Of a stretch of DNA of 64,000 bases, positions 37,945-47,713 are shown in pieces. The notes below the pieces were generated by a model. That model worked only from the letters and a program-made list of their open reading frames with translations. It was not told the origin of the DNA and did not search any database. Position numbers and translations under genes: made by a program. Every line of letters starts with the position of its first letter. The stretch's first letter is position 1. Source of the DNA: Nitrosopumilus sp. (GTDB lineage: Archaea > Thermoproteota > Nitrososphaeria > Nitrososphaerales > Nitrosopumilaceae). The stretch lies in the NCBI GenBank assembly GCA_003331425.1, contig QOOS01000005.1, positions 22,144-86,143 on the forward strand, read 5' to 3'.

Positions 37945-38334
37945 TTATTTAGATTTTCTATATGCCAATTTTTTACTATTTGTAATTAATGTAAACGATC
38001 TAACAAATACTGCTTTAGCACTCTTACATTCATCACTACAAATACTATTCATTTGAGCAAATTTTGTTTTTCTTGATTTAGTAGAGAAAATTGCTTTGAT
38101 TAATGGGAATAATGCTGCCCTTCCACCACTTGCAATTTTTTCATCAATAAACCAAAACATCTCTAATGCGGAATCATCTAAAATTTCTTCTCTTATTTTT
38201 TCTCCAAAATCAGAATAATGTCCTACCATTGTAATTTTTCCTCTTGAAAAAAAATTCACAATTGTTGCAAATTTTATACAAACATAACATTGATCATCAA
38301 AAAGTACAATTGGAATTTCATCTTTAATTTCCAT
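37945..38334 (-). CDS. DCC1-like (DUF393) thiol-disulfide oxidoreductase
   Basis: VLFDDQCYVC (DxxCxxC) N-terminal motif. Confidence 0.75.
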   Translation of the reverse strand: MEIKDEIPIVLFDDQCYVCIKFATIVNFFSRGKITMVGHYSDFGEKIREEILDDSALEMFWFIDEKIASGGRAALFPLIKAIFSTKSRKTKFAQMNSICSDECKSAKAVFVRSFTLITNSKKLAYRKSK

Positions 38335-38409
38335 ATTTACACTAAATTGCGATCAAATTAAAATATTGCAGAAGTAGATTTTTATTCAATTTATGAAGAA
38401 ACGATCCAG

Positions 38410-40077
38410 ATGGGCCTTAATTATTATCAAATTAAAAAAAATATTCTAAGAGCTCGTAAATTAGTAATAAAGGCAACTAATACAGCGGGTTCTGGACATC
38501 CAGGTGGCTCATTTTCAATGGCTGAAATTTTGGGTTGTTTATTTAACAAACATTTGAAATTTGATCCTCAAAATCCTCAATGGGAAGATCGTGATAGGTT
38601 AGTATTATCAAAAGGTCACGCTGCACCTGGATTATTTTCTAATATGGCAGTAGCTGGATATTTTCCTGAGTCTGAAATTGAAACTCTACGAAAATTTGGT
38701 AGTAAATTACAGGGTCATCCAGATTTGAAATGTCCTGGTGTTGAATTTTGTGGAGGTTCACTTGGTACAGGATTATCTTATTCTGTTGGAATTGCACTTG
38801 CAGCAAAAATTGATTCTAAAGATCATCATGTCTATACGATAATTGGTGATGGTGAATCTGATGAAGGCCAAGTTTGGGAGGCTGCAATGACAGCTTCAAA
38901 ATACAAAGTCGATAATCTAACTGCTTTTCTTGACAGAAATTTTATTCAACAGGATTCTTACACTGAAAAAATAATGCCATTAGATGAAAAATTAGAAAGT
39001 GATGATATTACAGAAATGTGGAAAGATGCATCACGATGGAAGACTGGTGATAAATGGAGATCATTTGGTTGGAATGTTCTTGAAATTGATGGACATAGAG
39101 TTGAACAAATTGATGCAGCAATAACAAAAGCTAATGCAACTAAAGGAGTTCCTACAATTATTATTTCTAGAACTATCAAAGGAAAGTCCTTGGAACATAT
39201 GGAGGATAACCCTCAATGGCATGGCAAAGCTCCTGATTCTGATGTTGTTCCTATAATTAATTCCGAATTAGATTCTCAATTTTTGATTGCACCTTCAATT
39301 ATTGCCGGTGATATGTCTAATTTAGAAAGCGAAGTTAAGAGATGTGTTACTGGAAGATCTGATTTAATTCATCTTGATGTCATGGATGGTCAATTTGTTC
39401 CAACAAAAACTTTTGATCATAATAAAATTAAAGAGCTTAGACCATTAACTGTAATTCCATTTGATACACATCTTATGATAAATGATCCTGTTAAACATGT
39501 GAAAGATTACATAGATGCAGGCAGTGATATTGTCACAGTTCATGCTGAAGTAACTGATGAATCCAGTTTTGGAGAGATTCATGATACTTTAAAACAAAAT
39601 CAAGTTGGTGTTGGTTTTGCTATTAATCCAGATACTGAATTACCCGAATGGTCCCACAAATTTTTGTCAACATTGGATCAGATAATTGTAATGTCTGTTG
39701 TTCCTGGAAAATCTGGTCAAAAATACATTGAAGAAACTCATTCCAAAATGGCTAGGTTGAATTCTATTCTTAACCAACATAATTTTTCAGGATGTATTGA
39801 GGCTGATGGAGGTGTAAATATTGACAACATAGGTTCTGTATTTGCAGATGGCGCACGCGCTTTTGTTGGTGGTGGTGCAATTATTGGACAGCAAGATGTC
39901 AGAGCCGCAATCAAAGATTTTAGAAATGCGGTTTTAAAATCAAGAAGACGAATGTTACTTGATAAAGCAAATCAATTAGGTGGTTCTGATTTAGTGAATA
40001 AATGGATTGGGTTACATGTTATTGGTGCAAAACAAGAAGAAATTAAAAAAATTGCAAAGGAGGCAGGATATCTATGA
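38410..40077 (+). CDS. Fusion: transketolase N-terminal (TPP-binding) subunit + ribulose-phosphate 3-epimerase
   Basis: SGHPGG, LSKGHAAP, GDGESDEG, then IAPSII, IHLDVMDGQFVP, FDTHLMI, MSVVPG.SGQ, EADGG. Confidence 0.93.
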   Translation: MGLNYYQIKKNILRARKLVIKATNTAGSGHPGGSFSMAEILGCLFNKHLKFDPQNPQWEDRDRLVLSKGHAAPGLFSNMAVAGYFPESEIETLRKFGSKLQGHPDLKCPGVEFCGGSLGTGLSYSVGIALAAKIDSKDHHVYTIIGDGESDEGQVWEAAMTASKYKVDNLTAFLDRNFIQQDSYTEKIMPLDEKLESDDITEMWKDASRWKTGDKWRSFGWNVLEIDGHRVEQIDAAITKANATKGVPTIIISRTIKGKSLEHMEDNPQWHGKAPDSDVVPIINSELDSQFLIAPSIIAGDMSNLESEVKRCVTGRSDLIHLDVMDGQFVPTKTFDHNKIKELRPLTVIPFDTHLMINDPVKHVKDYIDAGSDIVTVHAEVTDESSFGEIHDTLKQNQVGVGFAINPDTELPEWSHKFLSTLDQIIVMSVVPGKSGQKYIEETHSKMARLNSILNQHNFSGCIEADGGVNIDNIGSVFADGARAFVGGGAIIGQQDVRAAIKDFRNAVLKSRRRMLLDKANQLGGSDLVNKWIGLHVIGAKQEEIKKIAKEAGYL

Positions 40078-41048
40078 ATGATCCAATAATGACTGACATG
40101 CGTTCAGAATATTCAAAATCCTTAATTCAAGTTGGACATGAAAATTCTAATGTTGTTGTTTTAGGAGCTGATACAACTGATTCGTTAAAAACTTCTGGAT
40201 TTGGAAAACAATTTCCTGACAGATTTTTCAATGTTGGTATTGCTGAAGCAAATTTAGTTACTATGTCTGCAGGATTGGCTGTATCAGGAAAAATTTCTTT
40301 TGCAAGTACTTATGCAATTTTTTTACCTGGAAGAGCTGTTGATCAAATTAGAAATAATATTGCATATCCTTCACCTCCAGGAAAAAAAGGACTTAATGTG
40401 AAATTGGTTACATCCCATGGGGGTTTATCTGTTGGACCTGATGGAGGTTCACATCAACAAATTGAAGACATTGCAATAATGAGAGTTATTCCAAACTTCC
40501 GTGTTTTTATTCCTGCTGATACAATTGCTGTTTCAAAATTAACTAATTTGATGGCATCTGAATATGGGCCATTTTATATGAGAATGGCAAGATCAAAAAC
40601 TCCTCTAGTGCATTCAGAATCACAAGAATTCAAAATTGGTAAAGGAATTACTGTTAGAGATGGTTCTGATTGTACAATTGCTGCATGCGGAATAACTGTT
40701 AGAATGGCATTAGAAGCTGCTGAAATGTTAGAACAAGATGGAATTTCTTGTCGAGTTTTAGATATGTTTTCAATCAAGCCTATTGATGGGGAAATTTTGG
40801 AAAAGGCAGCAAGAGAAACTGGATGTATAGTTACAACTGAAGAACATAATATTTTTGGTGGAATGGGATCAGCAGTAGCAGAATCTGTCTCTGAATCTTA
40901 CCCTGTTCCAATAAAAAGAATTGGAGCCCAGGACATGTTTGGTGAATCTGCACGTGATGCTGAAATTCCTTTACTTTTAGAAAAGCATGGAATTACATCT
41001 TTTAATATGGCAAAACAAGCTAAAGAATTAAGGAGTAAAAAAATATGA
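40074..41048 (+). CDS. Transketolase C-terminal subunit
   Basis: FFNVGIAEAN, GPDGGSHQ, TEEHNIFGGMG. Confidence 0.94.
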   Translation: MNDPIMTDMRSEYSKSLIQVGHENSNVVVLGADTTDSLKTSGFGKQFPDRFFNVGIAEANLVTMSAGLAVSGKISFASTYAIFLPGRAVDQIRNNIAYPSPPGKKGLNVKLVTSHGGLSVGPDGGSHQQIEDIAIMRVIPNFRVFIPADTIAVSKLTNLMASEYGPFYMRMARSKTPLVHSESQEFKIGKGITVRDGSDCTIAACGITVRMALEAAEMLEQDGISCRVLDMFSIKPIDGEILEKAARETGCIVTTEEHNIFGGMGSAVAESVSESYPVPIKRIGAQDMFGESARDAEIPLLLEKHGITSFNMAKQAKELRSKKI

Positions 41049-41710
41049 AAATTTTTCTTGATACTGCTAATTTAGAATCCATAAAAAAATTCAATGATAT
41101 GGGTTTGCTAGATGGAATTACAACTAATCCTTCTTTAATGTCAAAAGAAGGTGGTAATCCTAAAGATGCAATGGAAGAAATTACAAAAATTATTCAAGGT
41201 GATGTTAGTTTAGAAGTTGTTAGTACTGATTATTCTGGAATGCTTGAAGAAGGTAAACGTCTTCGCGAATACGGTGATAATGTTGTTGTTAAAGTTCCAA
41301 TGACTCCTGATGGTCTAAAAGCATGTAAATCTTTTTCATCTCAGGGAATTCCTGTTAATGTCACTTTGATATTTTCTGCAAATCAGGCTTTACTTGCAGC
41401 AAAATCTGGTGCAAAATATGTTAGTCCATTTATTGGAAGATTAGATGATATTGGTCAAGATGGAATGAATTTGATTAAAGAAATTAAAGAAATTTTTTCA
41501 AATTATACTTTTGAAACACAAATTCTTGTTGCAAGTGTTCGTCATCCACTACATGTAATTGATGCAGCAAAAATTGGTGCAGATGTAGTAACATTACCTC
41601 CAGGTGTTTTAGATAAAATGCTTCAACACCCTTTGACAAAAATTGGTTTAGATAATTTCCTTGCAGATTGGGAAAAATTAAAACAAAAAAATCCAGATAC
41701 TAAAATCTAA
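41045..41710 (+). CDS. tal: Transaldolase / fructose-6-phosphate aldolase
   Basis: IFLDTAN, GITTNPSL, VVVKVP Schiff-base Lys, YVSPFIGRLDD. Confidence 0.94.
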   Translation: MKIFLDTANLESIKKFNDMGLLDGITTNPSLMSKEGGNPKDAMEEITKIIQGDVSLEVVSTDYSGMLEEGKRLREYGDNVVVKVPMTPDGLKACKSFSSQGIPVNVTLIFSANQALLAAKSGAKYVSPFIGRLDDIGQDGMNLIKEIKEIFSNYTFETQILVASVRHPLHVIDAAKIGADVVTLPPGVLDKMLQHPLTKIGLDNFLADWEKLKQKNPDTKI

Positions 41711-41754
41711 TCAATAATAGAAAAATATAAGAAAAATAAAATCCAAAAAGGAGT

Positions 41755-42015
41755 TTATGTTGTACCTTTTCTTGAACCAGTTCCTCTGCCAGTACTTCTT
41801 GTTTTTCCTTTAGTTGAAGGTCTAGCTTTTGGCTCTGGGGTATCTGAAAGTTTTCTTCTACCAGTACCTCTACCTGTTGAAACTGTTCTATTGCCTGCAG
41901 CTTTCTTTCTTTCAGCTTGAATTTTTTTAAATTCTTCACCTGAGAATTTGAGATCGCCTACGTCAACTTCTATAGTTCCGGTACCTCTACCTGTTCTAAC
42001 TTTTACTTTAACCAT
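41755..42015 (-). CDS. Small basic protein with three TGRGTG motifs
   Basis: 86 aa, about 23 K/R versus 8 D/E; motifs kept at protein level with synonymous nucleotide differences. Confidence 0.7.
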   Translation of the reverse strand: MVKVKVRTGRGTGTIEVDVGDLKFSGEEFKKIQAERKKAAGNRTVSTGRGTGRRKLSDTPEPKARPSTKGKTRSTGRGTGSRKGTT

Positions 42016-42174
42016 GTTTTTACTAAAATCATCTACGGGCTTTTATAAGATATGTCTATATTTTCCTTCTAAAAACAATATATCATAATTTAATTTTATT
42101 ATGATACATTAAACATCTTTTCATAATTGATTTGTACCATTACTGTAAAATTATCTTAATTTAAAAAAATCGCT

Positions 42175-42957
42175 ATGAAGAAAATATTTCTTATTTTACC
42201 TGCTATTGCATTTGCAGTACTTCTTTTGAATGGATTTTATGGACATTTACTATTTGCATCCCCTTATGATCAAGACATAAACAAATATTCAATTTATGTA
42301 CATTTTCAAGAAGAATGGAATAGTTTTCCTGTAAATGTTTTATTTGAAATAACAAATGTCTGGTCTAATCCAAATCCTAATGATCATGTTTACTCTACTG
42401 ACTTCTCCAATGTTTCTAATTTTGATAATTATAATTTTAACAATTTACAATTTCAAGACAATCGAGGTTATGTTGAATTAAAACATCAATTCAGTGATTG
42501 TAATTCAAGTTGGAAACCTATGACATATCGTTATGCAATTGATTCAGTTAGAACTCAAATTGAATTAATTCAAGGCTCTAAACTCAACAGTGATACTTAT
42601 GTTTCAATTATACCAAATGTTAAAACTATTAATTCAGTTGAATCAAATTATTATGCTCAATTCATTCCAATTTGTTCTGATAAAAAAATTACATCTTACG
42701 AATATTCTATTTCTATTGATGATCGAAATTCTTGGTTTGATGTATATTTTGTTGACTCCAAAAAACAATTTGATAATTATTTAAAATCTGAAAAATTTAA
42801 TTTTTATACAAATGATGGTTGTTTTGGAAAAAGTTATACTAGTTTTAGTGGAGTTTGTGAAAATATAGATGGAAACTCTGGATTATTAATTTTAATTCCT
42901 GATAATTTGAGTCGTTCTTTAACAAAAATTGAAATAAATCTTCACGAAAAAATTTAG
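42175..42957 (+). CDS. Hypothetical secreted or membrane-anchored protein
   Basis: N-terminal signal/TM helix, Asn/Ser/Tyr-rich body, four Cys. Confidence 0.65.
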   Translation: MKKIFLILPAIAFAVLLLNGFYGHLLFASPYDQDINKYSIYVHFQEEWNSFPVNVLFEITNVWSNPNPNDHVYSTDFSNVSNFDNYNFNNLQFQDNRGYVELKHQFSDCNSSWKPMTYRYAIDSVRTQIELIQGSKLNSDTYVSIIPNVKTINSVESNYYAQFIPICSDKKITSYEYSISIDDRNSWFDVYFVDSKKQFDNYLKSEKFNFYTNDGCFGKSYTSFSGVCENIDGNSGLLILIPDNLSRSLTKIEINLHEKI

Positions 42958-42968
42958 AAAATGTTTTT

Positions 42969-43991
42969 CTAACTGCTTATCCAGCCTAATTTTTTGAAAT
43001 AAATGAACATCAAGATTGCAGGTATTGCAGATGCTAGAATTACGACTATAAATGTGGTAAATGGTCCTAAAACCATTGAATTTTCTCCAATTCCTCCTGG
43101 TAGATTTACATTCATTCCATAAAATGTTCCAATTACTGTTGATGGAATAGCTAATGTGAAAATCATAGTTAAGACAGCTAAAACTTTATTTGTTTTTTCA
43201 TTACTCAACACAAAATCGGTATCTTTGTAAATTTCCATTGTTTCTCTTGATTCCTCTAATGTTTCAATTACTTTATCAATGTGATCAATTACATCATCAA
43301 AATATAGCGCAAGCTCATCATCTGAATTATCTGAAAATCTTTTAACATTTTTTGCAATTTCTAATACAAATCTCTTAAGTGGTACTGATATTCTTCTTAA
43401 TCTATTGATTTCTCTTCTAAGTAAAGCAATGCTTCTGGCAACTGGTTTTGATTCATCAAATACATTATCCTCCATTTCATCTAAATTTGCAATAATTTTT
43501 CTTGATGTATGTAGAAGATCATCGACTAAAGCATCTATAATTTCGTGAAGTAAATCTCCAGATGATTCTCCTACTAATCTATTCTTTAAATCCTTATCAG
43601 AATCTAAAATACATGTTTGTACTAATTGTACTAATGGTTTGAGATCCCCTTGATGTACAGTTACTAGAAAATTTTTTCCAACAAATATTGATAATTGACT
43701 ATTTTTTGAAATTCCAATTTTTTGTGCAAGTGGTGGAAATTGTAAAATTACAAAGAAATGATCATCATAACTATCAAGTTTTGGAAGTTCAAATTTTGTC
43801 ATACAATCTTCGATGTTTAATTCATTGAAGTTGTAATCTGGAGCTAATTTTTCAACATCTTCTCTATCTGGATTTTGTAAATCTATCCATGTGAATCCAT
43901 TACCTTGAATTTTTTCAATTTTTTTTTCTACAGGTATTGCTAATGATTTCTTTCCTGAACGTAACCTGTTAGTGATAAATCCTCGTCTCAT
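42969..43991 (-). CDS. corA: CorA family Mg2+/Co2+ transporter
   Basis: WIDLQNP, PKLDSY, GTFYGMN (GMN motif), two C-terminal TM helices. Confidence 0.94.
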   Translation of the reverse strand: MRRGFITNRLRSGKKSLAIPVEKKIEKIQGNGFTWIDLQNPDREDVEKLAPDYNFNELNIEDCMTKFELPKLDSYDDHFFVILQFPPLAQKIGISKNSQLSIFVGKNFLVTVHQGDLKPLVQLVQTCILDSDKDLKNRLVGESSGDLLHEIIDALVDDLLHTSRKIIANLDEMEDNVFDESKPVARSIALLRREINRLRRISVPLKRFVLEIAKNVKRFSDNSDDELALYFDDVIDHIDKVIETLEESRETMEIYKDTDFVLSNEKTNKVLAVLTMIFTLAIPSTVIGTFYGMNVNLPGGIGENSMVLGPFTTFIVVILASAIPAILMFIYFKKLGWISS

Positions 43992-44154
43992 GGTGAAAAA
44001 TACCCAGATTCTTCAAATTTAAAGCGATCGTTACTTCTTATTCACAAATAATCTTTAATTCAAATTTGAGGCTACTTTTTTATTAATTCTTGATATTTTT
44101 CATCTTCATTCAATGTTAAAGATTATTACAGGATGAAAAAATTAATTTTTTTGT

Positions 44155-44227
44155 GGCCCTCGTAGTACAGTGGTTAGTATAGAGGATTGTGGATCCTCGG
44201 ACAGGAGTTCGATTCCCCTCGAGGGCC
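44155..44227 (+). tRNA. tRNA-His(GUG) with encoded G-1
   Basis: G-GCCCTCG/CGAGGGC-C, anticodon arm GAGGA-TTGTGGA-TCCTC, T-loop TTCGATT. Confidence 0.95.
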
Positions 44228-44236
44228 CTTTTTATT

Positions 44237-44605
44237 TTAAAATATTCCGAATTTACTTGATTCCATCTCTTCTTTGATGGCAACTTTAAATCTAGGTGAT
44301 GTTTTTTCAACATTTTTGGTTAACCACGTTAGAAATTTTTTATCAGTTGTCTTACCTTTTAATTTTTGAAAATCTTGAGCCATCATTGATTCCAGTTTTT
44401 GAATTAACGTTCTATTAACACTAAGTACAAAAAAATGCCATCCAAAAGCAAATTCTGAATCTGTCATAACAAAGTCATCTTGACCATGAACCATCTCTTC
44501 TAAAAATGTGAGTTGTTGTGTTAATGCTTTACTTGTTTTGTCGTAATCTATTGCAGATACATTGATGTTTAGTCTGCTTTCCATAACTTTTTCATGGACA
44601 TACAA
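44237..44605 (-). CDS. Hypothetical protein
   Basis: 122-aa ORF (alternative start 44584) in a minus-strand run; no family recognised. Confidence 0.7.
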   Translation of the reverse strand: MYVHEKVMESRLNINVSAIDYDKTSKALTQQLTFLEEMVHGQDDFVMTDSEFAFGWHFFVLSVNRTLIQKLESMMAQDFQKLKGKTTDKKFLTWLTKNVEKTSPRFKVAIKEEMESSKFGIF

Positions 44606-44624
44606 AATAAAAGGCTTACAGTCA

Positions 44625-45383
44625 TTATTTTAGTAAATACTCAAAATCAATATCAAAATGCATTTTCATTATTCCAATATACGTTCTAATTGATTCTGGT
44701 ATTTCTTTAGTACATGTTACACCTAACTCTTTAGCATTAATCCAAATAATCAATGTTTGAAGAATTGTAAGAAATCTATCGTTTTTTATTTCTGAACCTG
44801 ACATAGATTTAGTGTATCTTTCTGCAAATTCCCATGCTGTTACAAAATCTATACATTTAACTCCAAAAACTGCTAATAATTGTTCTTGCAAGTTTTTTGC
44901 TTTTTGTAATGGTATTTTATTAATAATAAATGGAAAATTCACTTGATCAGGAAGATAATTTGGTAGTGGTCCCCAGATTGTAATTATTTTTGTTTCTGGT
45001 TTTAATTCTTTAAATTTTTCAGTCATCTCATTAATGATTTCTTCATCTGTAAACCAAAATAATATTACAGTTGCATCTGACAAATCTGCTTCTTGTATAT
45101 TTTGACAAATTAATTTTACATCAATCTTTTTTCCATTAATATTATTTTCTCCATTTTTGATTTTTTCAAGATTATTGTCGATACCTATTGCTTTTTTAAC
45201 ATTGAATTCTTTATTTGCTATTTCTATTCCTTTTTCATCATGACAACCCAGATGATAAAATATGTCATCTTTTCCTAGGGCAGCAAATTTGAAAATATCT
45301 CTAAATGTTTTTTCAGGTAATTGAACATCTTCTCCACTAAGAACATTTTTTGGAAGTGTGTCTAAATATTCTTCAAACTTCAA
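44625..45383 (-). CDS. Class I SAM-methyltransferase-fold protein with degenerate motif I
   Basis: FYHLGCHDEK, AIGID, ADLSDATVILFW, IITIWGP. Confidence 0.7.
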   Translation of the reverse strand: MKFEEYLDTLPKNVLSGEDVQLPEKTFRDIFKFAALGKDDIFYHLGCHDEKGIEIANKEFNVKKAIGIDNNLEKIKNGENNINGKKIDVKLICQNIQEADLSDATVILFWFTDEEIINEMTEKFKELKPETKIITIWGPLPNYLPDQVNFPFIINKIPLQKAKNLQEQLLAVFGVKCIDFVTAWEFAERYTKSMSGSEIKNDRFLTILQTLIIWINAKELGVTCTKEIPESIRTYIGIMKMHFDIDFEYLLK

Positions 45384-45408
45384 TAACTACACTAGTTTAA
45401 AGAAGAAT

Positions 45409-45687
45409 TTATTCTCTTATACTTTCTAATTTTGATACGGCTTGCCATAATTGAGTTCTTACATATGATGGCATGTTTGGATCTTGTGTAACATCATCTA
45501 ATAGACTAATTGTATTTGCAGCTCTAACTGATAACGAATATTCTTCTTTAACCAAATCTGCAACAAGATCAGTTATTGATTTCTTTATTGTTTTTGGAGT
45601 TGAATTTGTTGAAATTATTAGGTTTAATGTATCAACAGCTTCTTTCATCGCTTGTTTATTTTGAGTGTCATCTGCCATCTTTAACAT
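45409..45687 (-). CDS. UPF0147 family protein
   Basis: TPKTIKK..LSVRAANTISLLDDVTQDPNMPSYVRTQLW. Confidence 0.88.
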   Translation of the reverse strand: MLKMADDTQNKQAMKEAVDTLNLIISTNSTPKTIKKSITDLVADLVKEEYSLSVRAANTISLLDDVTQDPNMPSYVRTQLWQAVSKLESIRE

Positions 45688-45713
45688 ATTTTGTTAAAAA
45701 TTAGCATATATAG

Positions 45714-46022
45714 TTACAGCTCTACAAATACACTATCAGATTCGACTACTACACTGTATGATGTCAAATCTCTTAATTTCATTGGAAATTTTAAAAATTT
45801 GCCATTTTTACAATCAAATTCTGCTGCATGCCATCCACACGTAATTACACATCCATCTAATTTTCCTTCTGATAAACTAGAACCTGAATGAGTACATGAA
45901 TCATCTGTAGCAAAATATTTGCCATCGATATTTGCTACTAAGATATCTCTGCCATCTATTGAAACTTTTATCATTTTTCCAGGCGATATGTCTGATGTTT
46001 TTCCTACAATTATTTTTCCCAT
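45714..46022 (-). CDS. Rieske [2Fe-2S] ferredoxin
   Basis: CTHSG and CGWH..F.C Rieske ligands. Confidence 0.92.
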   Translation of the reverse strand: MGKIIVGKTSDISPGKMIKVSIDGRDILVANIDGKYFATDDSCTHSGSSLSEGKLDGCVITCGWHAAEFDCKNGKFLKFPMKLRDLTSYSVVVESDSVFVEL

Positions 46023-46061
46023 GAGCCTTTTTATTTGATAATTCTTAATATTTTTTCGTAT

Positions 46062-46841
46062 ATGGAAATTAGAGAAGCAAATATTTCTGATAAAAATTCT
46101 GTCTTAAAATTTTGTAAAAATACATTTTCTTGGGGTGATTATATCGAAAAAGTTTGGTCCTCATGGCTTGATGAAGGAAATTTATTTTTATTTGAAAAGC
46201 AATCTCCAGTTGGAATATGTCATGCATTTTATTCTGAAAATCAGATATGGATAGAGGGTATTCGCATTGATCCCAAACATCGTAGAGAAATGATTGCATC
46301 AAAACTCATAACTTATGCAGAATCCATTGGGAAAAAAAATCAAAAATTATTTTCTTATATGTTGATAGATACTGAAAATAAAAACTCAATTTCTATGGCT
46401 AATTCATTAAATTATGATACTTTTGAAACATGGAATTACTATTCATTAAACCCTAAAAAAAATTCAAATTTTAAAATTGAATTTGAAAAATCTGTAGATA
46501 GTGAAATTTTTACTTTTTATGTTGATTCATGGAGATGGGTTAAAACTACTAAGCAAATTTTAACTGATCTATCTTCTCAAAATAAAATTATTAAATCTAA
46601 TTTAAATGGAAAACAAACTACTGCAATAATTGGAAATTACAAACATATTGATAATACGTTAATTGTTACTCTATCTTCAGGCTCATTTGATACTTTATGT
46701 AATATTTTGTCTTATCTACAAAATTTTGCATTTGAAAATAATTATGAACGAATTCAAATTTTAACTAATAAAAAATTAGAATTTTTTGATTCTTTAGACT
46801 ACAAAATATCATTTTACTTAATGAAAAAATCTTTAGATTAA
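46062..46841 (+). CDS. GNAT family acetyltransferase
   Basis: IWIEGIRIDPKHRREMIASKL acetyl-CoA motif; ATG 46062 preferred. Confidence 0.8.
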   Translation: MEIREANISDKNSVLKFCKNTFSWGDYIEKVWSSWLDEGNLFLFEKQSPVGICHAFYSENQIWIEGIRIDPKHRREMIASKLITYAESIGKKNQKLFSYMLIDTENKNSISMANSLNYDTFETWNYYSLNPKKNSNFKIEFEKSVDSEIFTFYVDSWRWVKTTKQILTDLSSQNKIIKSNLNGKQTTAIIGNYKHIDNTLIVTLSSGSFDTLCNILSYLQNFAFENNYERIQILTNKKLEFFDSLDYKISFYLMKKSLD

Positions 46842-47707
46842 TTTGATTTAATGACTTTAATTGTATTGTTTAGTATTCCTAAACCTTCAATTTCCATTTC
46901 AATTTGATCACCATCTTTTAGGTACACTGCATTTGGTTTGTTTAGCATAACCCCTGCAGGTGTTCCTGTTGAAATTATGTCACCTTTTTGTAATGTCATA
47001 ACTTTAGTAATTTTTGAAATTATCTCTGGAATTTTAATAAACATATTACTTGTTGAGGAATTTTGTCTGACTTCTCCATTTACTTTAGTTACCATCTTTA
47101 GATTTTGTGGATTTTGTATTTCATCAGCTGTTGTTATCCATGGTCCACATGGTGCAAACGAATCAAATCCTTTCCCTCTTGTAAATTGTTTATCTTTATT
47201 TTGAATATCTCTTGCTGAAACATCATTGAAAATCATATAACCAAAGATCATTTCTGAAGCATTTTCAACACTAACATTTTTACAATCTTTTCTAATAATT
47301 AATGCTAATTCTATTTCATAATCTAGTTGAGTAACAAAGTCTGGACAAACAATGTCTGATTTTGTATGATTTAATGCTGTTCGAGGTTTTATTACCAATG
47401 CTGGATCATCAGGTGCGGTTAAGCCTTGTTCTTTTGCATGATCAACATAATTGAATGCTAAACAGATTATTTTATTTGGATTTGGAATGGGTGCTAATAA
47501 TTTATATTTTGAAATGTCTTCTCTATATTCTAATTCATTTGTTTTATTCTTAATTTCTTCATACCATCCGTCAAATAAGAAATCTTTTACATTAATGGGG
47601 ATTGGTACGCCTGTTAATTCTGTAATTTCACTCTTTATTGCTATTTTATTACCTTTGACAAAACCATATGTCTCATTAGTGCCATCTGTTACTCTAACTA
47701 TTCTCAT
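46838..47707 (-). CDS. Fumarylacetoacetate hydrolase family protein
   Basis: KIICLAFNYVDH, DYEIEL, NDVSARD, GKGFDSFAPCGP, GDIISTGTP. Confidence 0.93.
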   Translation of the reverse strand: MRIVRVTDGTNETYGFVKGNKIAIKSEITELTGVPIPINVKDFLFDGWYEEIKNKTNELEYREDISKYKLLAPIPNPNKIICLAFNYVDHAKEQGLTAPDDPALVIKPRTALNHTKSDIVCPDFVTQLDYEIELALIIRKDCKNVSVENASEMIFGYMIFNDVSARDIQNKDKQFTRGKGFDSFAPCGPWITTADEIQNPQNLKMVTKVNGEVRQNSSTSNMFIKIPEIISKITKVMTLQKGDIISTGTPAGVMLNKPNAVYLKDGDQIEMEIEGLGILNNTIKVIKSN

Positions 47708-47713
47708 ATGACA

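Noticed and set aside
41700-41939. 79-aa - strand ORF
   Set aside because: Alternate frame of the TGRGTG protein, with no recognisable features.
44116-44313. 65-aa ORF (and 28436-28777)
   Set aside because: They run across tRNA genes; spurious.
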